Assembly: GCF_024158035.1 (NCBI RefSeq)
Contig: NZ_JAMZEK010000001.1
Span: 781,416 to 813,415, forward strand
DNA: 32,000 nucleotides
Source of the DNA: Dyella lutea
GTDB taxonomy: Bacteria > Pseudomonadota > Gammaproteobacteria > Xanthomonadales > Rhodanobacteraceae
Direction of reading: 5' to 3'
The notes beneath the pieces were generated by a model. It ran no database searches, was not told the DNA's origin, and saw nothing but the letters and a program-made list of their open reading frames with translations. This document shows positions 14,338-22,959 of this stretch, one piece after another (position 1 is the stretch's first letter; each line of letters opens with the position of its first letter). The position numbers were made by a program, and so were the translations under genes.

Positions 14338-15210
14338 ATGCGCCTGGGCCTTGCCGCCAACCGTCTCCACCACAGCCACCGCGAGGCGGCGCTGTTCCGC
14401 TGGCTGCACGCCTGCGAGCGCGGCATCCGCGAGCTGGGAGTGGACCTGCACGCGGTCGGACGCACCTACGACGCGCTGGCCGGCGAGCGCATCCTGTTCG
14501 GCTACGAGGGCCTCAAGCGCTACCCCTACGGCCGCGCCGGCGGCCTGATGAAGCTGGTGGCCGAAGTGGTCGGGATGGGGCCGGAGCGCACGCTCGACGG
14601 GGCGATCTACCTGATCGACCCGGTCGATCCGTCCTCGATCTTCCCCGAGGCGGTGGCGCTCAAGCGCCAGTGCGTGATCCACGGCAAGCCGTTCATCTCC
14701 ACCGTGGCCTCGGCGCGCGACTGGATCGAGATGGAGCGCGTGCACGCGGGCCTGCCGGCCGACCCCGGCGCCGACGCGCTGTACGCGCTGGAGTCCCAGA
14801 CCCTGGCGCTGATCGCCCACGATGCGATGAAGCCGCAGATGCTGGCCTTCGCCGCCGAGCAGTTCGACGTGCTCTCGCGCTTCGCCGGTCGCGTGGCCAC
14901 CGGCACCACCGGCCAGCGCCTCAACGAACTGGCCTGGAGCCGCGGTTGGCCGACCGACCGCGAGTGGGCGCAGCGCTTCCAGAGCGGCCCGATGGGCGGT
15001 GATGCGCAGATCGCCGACCTGGTGCTGGAGCACCGCTGCCAGCGCGCGATCTTCTTCGAGGACCCGCACGTGCCGCGCCAGCACGAGGCCGACATCCAAC
15101 TGCTCGAGCGCGCGGTCACCACGGTAACCGACGAGGCCGTATGCATGACCACGCCGAGGGTCGCGGCGCGCTGGGCGGAGGCGGCAAGGCGCAGGGCGAG
15201 AAGTGAGTGA
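14338..15210 (+). CDS. Tandem MGS-like protein: a degenerate N-terminal MGS-like domain plus a C-terminal methylglyoxal synthase domain
   Basis: Residues ~155-275 carry MgsA hallmarks: LALIAHDAMK, VATGTTGQRL, SGPMGGDAQIADLV and AIFFEDPHVPRQHEADIQLL. Residues ~1-140 align to the same fold (LGLAANRLHH, LHAVGRTYDAL, YGRAGGLMKLVAEVV, IYLIDPVDPSSIFPEAVALK) but with the catalytic positions replaced. A GAGGGG RBS lies upstream of ATG 14338. Confidence 0.75.
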   Translation: MRLGLAANRLHHSHREAALFRWLHACERGIRELGVDLHAVGRTYDALAGERILFGYEGLKRYPYGRAGGLMKLVAEVVGMGPERTLDGAIYLIDPVDPSSIFPEAVALKRQCVIHGKPFISTVASARDWIEMERVHAGLPADPGADALYALESQTLALIAHDAMKPQMLAFAAEQFDVLSRFAGRVATGTTGQRLNELAWSRGWPTDREWAQRFQSGPMGGDAQIADLVLEHRCQRAIFFEDPHVPRQHEADIQLLERAVTTVTDEAVCMTTPRVAARWAEAARRRARSE

Positions 15211-15399
15211 AGGGGAGCGAGAAGCGAGAGGTGAAAAGCAAATGCCGCGAGTGCTGTCCGGCGTGTCGCGCTGTGCGCAGCGTAGAACGCTTCTCCGAGT
15301 GATAGACAACGCGCCCGCCGAGCCCGGGCATGCGCGGTTATGCCCGTCACCCCGTACCTTAGTTCTCACTCCTCACTCCTCTTCACTCACTCCTCGCTC
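15194..15399 (+). repeat. Imperfect 37-bp inverted repeat (purine-rich left arm 15194-15230, pyrimidine-rich right arm 15363-15399) enclosing a 132-nt spacer
   Basis: I paired the arms by hand, matching 15194+i with 15399-i. The result is 30 Watson-Crick pairs, 3 G-U pairs and 4 mismatches over 37 positions, with a longest uninterrupted run of 16 bp. The left arm contains the MGS-like gene stop (TGA 15208-15210). The right arm ends at the base before the NRDE ATG (15400). Confidence 0.7.
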
Positions 15400-16164
15400 A
15401 TGTGCCTGATCGGTTTCGCCTGGAACGTCCATCCCCGCTGGCGGCTGGTGCTCGCCGGCAATCGTGACGAGTTCCACCCGCGGCCTGCCGCGCCGCTGGC
15501 ACGCTGGCCGGATACGACGATGGCCGCCGGCCGCGATCTGGAGGCGGGAGGCACCTGGCTCGGGGTGACCGATGACGGTCGCTGCGCGGTGGTGACCAAC
15601 GTGCGCGATCCGCGCGATCCGCAACTGGGTCGATCGCGCGGCCTGCTGGCGCTGGACTACCTCACCGGCGGAGACGACGCGGTGGTGCATGCCGCGCACC
15701 TGCATGCCGACGCGGCACACTACCGGCCGTTCAACCTGCTCACCTTCGACGCGCAGGCTGGGTTCTACCTCGGCAACCGGCCCGAGCCGCGCGTGCAGGC
15801 GGTCACGCCGGGTGTGCATGGCCTGTCCAATGCCGACTTCAACACCCCGTGGCCGAAGACCCGTGCGCTGATGGCGCGCATCGAGGCGTGGCTGGCGCAC
15901 GATGCGCAGGAGGTCGAGCCCCTGTTCGCCGCGCTGGCCGACGAGCATCAGGCTCCGGACGATCTCCTGCCCGATACGGGGATCGGACTGGAGCGCGAAC
16001 GCTGGCTGTCCTCGGCCTTCATCCGCGGCGAGCGCTATGGCACGCGGGCCAGCACGGTGGTGCTGATCGGCCATGACGGCGCGGGCACCATCGTCGAGCG
16101 TCGCTTCGGGCCGTACGGTCGCGATGACGGTCGGACGACGCTGCACTTCGGGCCGGGCGGTTGA
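15400..16164 (+). CDS. NRDE family protein (TANGO2/DUF833-like)
   Basis: The product begins MCLIGFAW...LVLAGNRDEF, with Cys2 and the literal NRDE motif typical of the family. I prefer ATG 15400 over the track start at 15340. No SD-like sequence precedes either codon. Confidence 0.85.
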   Translation: MCLIGFAWNVHPRWRLVLAGNRDEFHPRPAAPLARWPDTTMAAGRDLEAGGTWLGVTDDGRCAVVTNVRDPRDPQLGRSRGLLALDYLTGGDDAVVHAAHLHADAAHYRPFNLLTFDAQAGFYLGNRPEPRVQAVTPGVHGLSNADFNTPWPKTRALMARIEAWLAHDAQEVEPLFAALADEHQAPDDLLPDTGIGLERERWLSSAFIRGERYGTRASTVVLIGHDGAGTIVERRFGPYGRDDGRTTLHFGPGG

Positions 16165-16274
16165 CCGGCACGGTCGACGGCCGCAACCGGCTTCAGGGAT
16201 CTGCCGGCACCCACAGCGATCCACCGGTCCGCCGGCTGCCGTGGGTCGGTAACCGCGACTAGGGTGGTCGGTGA

Positions 16275-18002
<1,728 letters not shown>

Positions 18003-18009
18003 CCGCCGC

Positions 18010-18402
18010 TCAGTCGCCCAGGTCGCCGTCGAGGTAGTACCAGCGGCCGTCCTCGCGCACGAAGCGACTCACCTCGCGCATGCGCCGCGCCTTGCCGCCG
18101 CCGTAGCGCAGGCGCGCGACGAACTCGACCACGGCGCGGTCGCCCTCCGGGACGTGGCGCTTCACGTCCAGCCCGAGCCAGGTCGGTGCCGGCTGCTGTG
18201 CCGCAAGGTCGAGCGAGGGCGGCCGCGTACTGGCATGCCAGCTGGCCAGTAGATAGGCCTCGTCGTGGCGCACGTAGGCGCTGTAGCGCGAGCGCATCAG
18301 GGCTTCGGCATCGGCGGCCGGGACGCCCGCGTGCAGCGCACCGCAGCAGTGGGAATATTCGCGCGGCAGGCCGCAGGGACAGGGGTCGCGAAGAGCAGGC
18401 AT
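18010..18402 (-). CDS. ychJ: YchJ family protein (SEC-C motif, UPF0225)
   Basis: The N-terminal SEC-C-like metal motif is [14 protein letters not shown]. It is followed by [11 protein letters not shown] and an NTF2-like remainder typical of YchJ. Confidence 0.8.
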   Translation of the reverse strand: MPALRDPCPCGLPREYSHCCGALHAGVPAADAEALMRSRYSAYVRHDEAYLLASWHASTRPPSLDLAAQQPAPTWLGLDVKRHVPEGDRAVVEFVARLRYGGGKARRMREVSRFVREDGRWYYLDGDLGD

Positions 18403-18475
18403 CGCACCGGACGGAAGTTGCAGCAGGGACCGGCGATGGTGCGCGCCGGGCGGCGTCTTGCCAAGGTGCTTCTGG

Positions 18476-19042
18476 TCAGAGCACGTGGAAGGTCTGCAGC
18501 CGGCCGCTGACCACCAGCGGTGCCAGGTCGTAACCCAGGCCGCGGGCGACCGACTTCAGCGCCTCGAGCACCTGGCGCTCCATGGTCGGTGCACGCGACA
18601 GGATCCACAGCTCGCGGCGGCGCGGCTCACCCAGCATCAGCCATTGAAAGTCGGCGTCGTTGGCCAGCACCCACAGGTCCTTCCAGGCCGAGGGCAGCCA
18701 CTGCGCCCACGCCGGTGCGGCGGTACGCTGGAACTGGCCTGGCTCCTCCATCGCGAACCGGCGACGGGCCTGCAGGTCGTCGACCCGTTCGTTGCCGTTC
18801 GGCTCGGTCGAGGTACGCCGCATCCGCAGCATGCCGGGCTCCAGTTCCTCCAGGTCCAGGCGGATATCGCGGTCGGTTGCGTTCTGCTGCGGCGAAGGCA
18901 GGCGCGCCATCTCGTGCCACCGTCCCAGCATTCGCGCCAGGTCCAGCTGCGGTACGGCCTTCATCACGCCCGGGGTCGACACGGACAACGCCACGCCGGT
19001 GGTCAGCGTGATCGGCAGGGATGACGGGTGGGACCAGTTCAT
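18476..19042 (-). CDS. Lipocalin family protein (Blc-like)
   Basis: [17 protein letters not shown] matches the Blc motif L..Y.G.WYEIAR, and [30 protein letters not shown] matches LWILSRTP...G(F/Y)D. The start is ATG 19042 with AAGGAA upstream. There is no lipobox Cys in the N-terminus. Confidence 0.75.
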   Translation of the reverse strand: MNWSHPSSLPITLTTGVALSVSTPGVMKAVPQLDLARMLGRWHEMARLPSPQQNATDRDIRLDLEELEPGMLRMRRTSTEPNGNERVDDLQARRRFAMEEPGQFQRTAAPAWAQWLPSAWKDLWVLANDADFQWLMLGEPRRRELWILSRAPTMERQVLEALKSVARGLGYDLAPLVVSGRLQTFHVL

Positions 19043-19280
19043 GTCGCGTTCCTTGGATGCAGCCGGCCCGCATTGCCGCGGGTTTTCGCCGCTCGCGGGC
19101 CCGGCCGGAGACGACGCTCTGCAGACACCCAGGCGTGCGATATGCGCGGGCACTGCCCTAGGACATCGGCATCCCGTGGAAAAGCTTGAGTCGCGTTGGG
19201 GCCTTCTCGCGGGAACGCCCGCGTTGCAGGAGACCGGTCCAGCGACCGGCGGACGATCACCCGGTAAAGAGCGGCAGAAG

Positions 19281-19301
19281 GGCAGGCCGCGCGCCTGCCC
19301 G
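19281..19301 (-). terminator. GC-rich stem-loop directly after the small membrane-protein gene
   Basis: GGGCAGGC-cgcgc-GCCTGCCC forms an 8-bp stem. On the minus strand it starts 8 nt after the stop codon at 19310 and is followed by TTCTGCCGCTCTTTA, which is only moderately U-rich. Confidence 0.4.
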
Positions 19302-19309
19302 CAGGGTCA

Positions 19310-19507
19310 TCAGGCGGGGCGGCCCCGCAGCACGCGCGCCGGCAGCATCAGCAGCGCACCGAGGAAGGCGAACACGGCGCTGACGGTAATGCCGACCAGC
19401 CGGAACGGCAGCGTGATCAGCCACACGATGGGATACAGCACCAGCGCCAGCAGGGCGATCGGCCAGCAGAACACCAGCAGCAGCAACCAGAGCAGGAAAC
19501 CGACCAT
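19310..19507 (-). CDS. Small hydrophobic membrane protein (65 aa), hypothetical
   Basis: The product MVGFLLWLLLLVFCWPIALLALVLYPIVWLITLPFRLVGITVSAVFAFLGALLMLP is almost entirely TM-like. GAGG lies 7 nt upstream of the ATG and a hairpin lies downstream. I recognise no family. Confidence 0.5.
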   Translation of the reverse strand: MVGFLLWLLLLVFCWPIALLALVLYPIVWLITLPFRLVGITVSAVFAFLGALLMLPARVLRGRPA

Positions 19508-19554
19508 GGCGCACCTCGCGCTCGGGATGGGGGGATGAGTGGAATGTTACGCGC

Positions 19555-20133
19555 TCAGCTGAAAGGACTCACCCCAACGATCAGCCTATGCAGCCAGAAC
19601 GCGAACACCGCCCAGGCCGCCATGCCCACCACCACGGTGATCACAGTGCGCGAGGCCGGCCCCTTCGGGTAGGTGACGCCGGCGGCCCGGTCGCGTCGGC
19701 GCGAGACCATGAAATCCGCCACCGCCCACAGCAGGAAGCCGCCGAACAGCACGATGTCGTGCAGCATGCCGGCCGCCAGCAGGTGGCCGAACGCCCACAG
19801 CTTCACCGCGGCCAGCATCGGGTGGCCGAGGCGCGCCTTGATCGCGTTGCCGGGCACGTAGGCCGCCGCCAGCAGCACGAAGGCCACCAGGGTGAACAGC
19901 GCGTTGAGATGGCGCAGCGCCATCGGCGGCACCCACACCAGCACCGGATGCTGGCGGGCCAGACCGAAGCCCCACACCAGCAGTGCGAAGCCGGCAATCG
20001 AGAGGATGGAATACAGCCCCTTCCAGCCCTTCTCTCCGAGCCGGACGATCTGCCGCGTCCGCCAGTCGTCGGCGAACACGCGCACCGAGTGCACGCCGAG
20101 GAACAGCACCAGTCCGAGGATCAGCATCGCCAT
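19555..20133 (-). CDS. nnrU: NnrU family membrane protein
   Basis: The product begins MAMLILGLVLFLGVHSVRVF...GWKGLYSILSIAGFALLVWGF...KLWAFGHLLAAG...LFGGFLLWA, the NnrU-like pattern as I recall it. The start is ATG 20133 with GGAG 10 nt upstream. The track ORF extends spuriously to 20397. Confidence 0.75.
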   Translation of the reverse strand: MAMLILGLVLFLGVHSVRVFADDWRTRQIVRLGEKGWKGLYSILSIAGFALLVWGFGLARQHPVLVWVPPMALRHLNALFTLVAFVLLAAAYVPGNAIKARLGHPMLAAVKLWAFGHLLAAGMLHDIVLFGGFLLWAVADFMVSRRRDRAAGVTYPKGPASRTVITVVVGMAAWAVFAFWLHRLIVGVSPFS

Positions 20134-20182
20134 CGAACGTTGCTCCGTGCCCTGAGGGAATGGAGGCAAGTGTAGCGGTGGC

Positions 20183-20749
20183 TCAGCCGGCGAGGTGCAC
20201 CCGCACGGCAAGGGCCTCGCCATCGATCTGGATCGTGCCGGGCGCGTCTGCACCGGGCAGCCAGCTGTCGCCGGGGCCGAGATCACCGTCTGGCGTGCGG
20301 GCATGGCCATGCACGAGGTGCAGCAGAAGCAGATCCGATGGGGCCCTACGGGCGGCTTCGTCGCGCCATACCTCGACCTCGCCGGTGGCGCGGCCACGCC
20401 GCAGCATCAGGTTGAAGTCGCGGGTCGGGCCGCCGGCCAGCCCCACCGCTACCTCCGCCTCGCCGGGAAAGGCGAACGGCGCACACGGCGTGGTGAGTTC
20501 GTGGACCTGCGCGCCGTCCAGCGTCATGCGGAAGCCGGCACCGTCGATCAGCACGATGGTCCGGTCCACACCGGGAAAGCGCGAGAACGGCGCGGCGCCG
20601 ACCACGTCGGCGAGGCTCACGCGCCACAGGAAATCGTCCATTCCCGCGCCCGGCGGCATCGCCGCGATCTCGCGGGTGATGCCCTGGCCGTTGCGCCACG
20701 GCACCGGCTGCAATTCGTCCGCGCGCAGGATGCGGCCGACGGCACTCAT
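20183..20749 (-). CDS. hutD: HutD/Ves family protein
   Basis: The 188-aa product begins MSAVGRILRADELQPVPWRNGQGITREI...FLWRVSLADV...PFSRFPGVDRTIVLIDG, with the HutD signature W.NG.G.TrEi...Rvs.A.v...g.FS.fpGvdR. ATG 20749 overlaps the dinG TGA as ATGA. The rest of track ORF 20183..22414 is off-frame to dinG. Confidence 0.75.
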   Translation of the reverse strand: MSAVGRILRADELQPVPWRNGQGITREIAAMPPGAGMDDFLWRVSLADVVGAAPFSRFPGVDRTIVLIDGAGFRMTLDGAQVHELTTPCAPFAFPGEAEVAVGLAGGPTRDFNLMLRRGRATGEVEVWRDEAARRAPSDLLLLHLVHGHARTPDGDLGPGDSWLPGADAPGTIQIDGEALAVRVHLAG

Positions 20750-22851
20750 GCGGCACGCTCGATCACGCGCGCGAACGGCGGCAACGCCTGCAGCATGCGT
20801 TCGCCGTAGCGCTTGACCACCACGCGGCGGTCCAGCAGCACGATGCGGCCGCGGTCGGCCTCGCTGCGGATCAGCCGTCCGCAGTACTGGATCAGCAGGC
20901 GCGTGGCCTCGGGAATGGTCACTTCGATGAACGGGTTGCGGCCGCGCGATTCCAGCCACTCGGCGTAGGTGGCGCCGACCGGGTCGGTCGGCACGGCGAA
21001 CGGCAGTTGGGTGATCACCACCGTCTCGCAGAGCTTGCCGGGCAGGTCCAGGCCCTCGCCGAACGAGGCCAGGCCGAACAGCGTGCTGCCCTTGCCGGCC
21101 TCGATGTCGGCGATGTGCTCGGCGACCAGCTGCGACTTGCCCAGCGAGCCCTGCGCACGCACCTTGCGCACCATCGCGATCGGGAGCTTCTGCAGCACGC
21201 GGTCGAGCTTGGCGCGCGAGGTGAACAGCACCAGGTTGCCGGCGTCCCAGTCCAGGTTTTCGGCCAGCCACGCGCACACCTCTTCGGCATGCGCGTCGCG
21301 GGCGTCGGGCAGGCTGTGCATCGCCGGCACTTCCAGCCGCGCCTGTTCGGCCAGGTTGAACGGCGAGGGCAGGCTCAGCGTGACCGCCTCGTCGGGCAGG
21401 CCGACCGCATCGGCGAAGTGGCGGAAATTGGCACCGGCGCTGAGCGTGGCCGAGGTCATCACCACGCCGCTGGCGTTGCCCCACAGCACGTTGCGCAGCA
21501 GGCCCGCGGCCGACACCGCCGAGGCGTGGCAGACCAGCTGCTGGTCCGTCGCCTGGGTGACCCAGCGCGCCAGCGGCGGCGCGTGTTCGTGGTCCGGCGT
21601 GGACCAGGCGCGCCAGCAGCGGCCCTGCCGTTCCAGCCGCTCCAGCGCGATGCCCAGTTCGCGCGCCAGCGCTTCCTGGGTCGGGCCACCCTCGCTCATC
21701 TCCACCACCGCGCGACGCACGGCGTTGAGCCAGCGCTGCACCTCGCCGGTGAGCACGGCCAGGTGCTCGGCGTGCAGCGTCCACTGCTCCGGCAGCTGGC
21801 CGAGCGAGCCGCGGTACATCGGTACGTCTTCGCCCGGATCGGGCATCCAGGCCAGGCGGATCTCGCGCTCCAGTTCCTCCAGCGCGTCGCTGAGTTCCTG
21901 CAGCTTGGCGTCGCCCTGGTCCAGCGTGAGCTTGCCCAGCGATTCCTTGTCGGTGAGCGAATAGGCCGCGTGCACCTGGCGGCCGAGCCGGCTCAGCTGG
22001 CGTGCGGCCGCGCCAAGGAAGACCTCGGCGGTGCCGCGGTCGATCGCCTTGCTCGCGACGTGGTGGGCCTCGTCGAACACGTACAGCGTCTCGTCCGGCT
22101 TGGGCAGGATCACGCCGCCCCAGCTGTCCTCCTCGCTGCCGGGCATGGTCAGGTCGGCCAGCACCAGGTCCTGGTTGGCGACCACGATCTCGGCGTCGGC
22201 CACCGCACGGCGCGCGGCGAAGAACGGGCAGCCCATGAACTGCGCGCAGCGGCGGCCGGTGCAGCCGCCGGCGCTGGTCGTGATCATCGAGCGCACCAGG
22301 TCGCCGACCGCTTCCGGCGCGGCGTCCATGTCGCCGTCCCAGCGGCCGGTGTCCAGCGCGGTCACCAGCTTGCCCAGCGCAGCCTTGTCGCGCGCGTCCG
22401 GCGGTTTGCTCCACAGCGCCAGGTCGGTGTCGAAGCCCAGTCCAAGCTGGGCGTCGGCGGCCACGCTGTTGCCGGCCATCAGCAGGTTGCGCGGGCAGAC
22501 GTAGCGGCCGCGGCCCTTGGCCAGCGCCACCTTGGCCTCGATGCCGTTGATCGACAGGTACAGCGGGATGTCCCGCTGCACCAACTGCTCCTGCAGCGCG
22601 ACCGTGGCGGTGGCGATCAGCAGCTTCTTCTTCTGCGCCCGCGCTACCGCGTGGCCGGCGATCAGGTAGGCCATCGACTTGCCGGTGCCGGTCGGCGCCT
22701 CGATTGCCGCCGCGCCGCCTTCCTCGGCCAGCGCCTTGGCCACCTCGGCGATCATCCGCCCCTGCGAGGCGCGCGGACGGAAGCCGGGCAGGCCGTCTTT
22801 GAGACGGGTGTAGGCGGCGCGGATGGCGTCCTTGGTGTCGTCGGTCAGCAC
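20746..22851 (-). CDS. dinG: ATP-dependent DNA helicase DinG (Fe-S, XPD-like)
   Basis: Walker A is EAPTGTGKSMAYL and DEAH-type motif II is FDEAHH. Four Cys are spaced as in the DinG/XPD Fe-S domain (YVCPRN...GGCTGRRCAQFMGCPFF). The C-terminal helicase motifs are FGEGLDLPG and GRLIRSEADRG. The start is GTG at 22851. Confidence 0.9.
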   Translation of the reverse strand: MLTDDTKDAIRAAYTRLKDGLPGFRPRASQGRMIAEVAKALAEEGGAAAIEAPTGTGKSMAYLIAGHAVARAQKKKLLIATATVALQEQLVQRDIPLYLSINGIEAKVALAKGRGRYVCPRNLLMAGNSVAADAQLGLGFDTDLALWSKPPDARDKAALGKLVTALDTGRWDGDMDAAPEAVGDLVRSMITTSAGGCTGRRCAQFMGCPFFAARRAVADAEIVVANQDLVLADLTMPGSEEDSWGGVILPKPDETLYVFDEAHHVASKAIDRGTAEVFLGAAARQLSRLGRQVHAAYSLTDKESLGKLTLDQGDAKLQELSDALEELEREIRLAWMPDPGEDVPMYRGSLGQLPEQWTLHAEHLAVLTGEVQRWLNAVRRAVVEMSEGGPTQEALARELGIALERLERQGRCWRAWSTPDHEHAPPLARWVTQATDQQLVCHASAVSAAGLLRNVLWGNASGVVMTSATLSAGANFRHFADAVGLPDEAVTLSLPSPFNLAEQARLEVPAMHSLPDARDAHAEEVCAWLAENLDWDAGNLVLFTSRAKLDRVLQKLPIAMVRKVRAQGSLGKSQLVAEHIADIEAGKGSTLFGLASFGEGLDLPGKLCETVVITQLPFAVPTDPVGATYAEWLESRGRNPFIEVTIPEATRLLIQYCGRLIRSEADRGRIVLLDRRVVVKRYGERMLQALPPFARVIERAA

Positions 22852-22959
22852 GGGGTCAAGCCGGAGGGGAAGCGGTCGATAAGGGGCGATGAGGCGTGGA
22901 AGCGAGGGCAGGCACGCGGGTAGACCAGTGTATCGGATCGTCCCCGGCAGGCTTCGCCG

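Noticed and set aside
15194-15399. Interpreting the inverted repeat as a MITE
   Set aside because: I found no target-site duplication flanking the arms, and no second copy of either arm elsewhere in these 32 kb. The arms coincide exactly with a stop and a start codon, which favours a locus-specific RNA structure. The MITE idea is not fully excluded, since a genome-wide copy count is needed.
19067-19086. Plus-strand terminator-like element CCCGC-attgcc-GCGGG followed by TTTT
   Set aside because: The stem is only 5 bp and no plus-strand gene ends upstream of it. It lies in the 5' leader of the minus-strand lipocalin gene, where it would read as AAAA plus a hairpin. That is insufficient to call a terminator or antisense RNA.
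20750-22414. Upstream 555 codons of track ORF 20183..22414 (-)
   Set aside because: Only the last 188 codons (from ATG 20749) show HutD motifs. The upstream part is the +1 frame of dinG and is Arg/Gly/Pro-rich.
22852-22959. Looked for a LexA/SOS box upstream of dinG in the divergent dinG/GGDEF intergenic region
   Set aside because: There is no TTAG...TACTA-type (Xanthomonad) or CTGT-N8-ACAG-type palindrome in the 108-nt region, so no SOS regulation can be claimed from the sequence.
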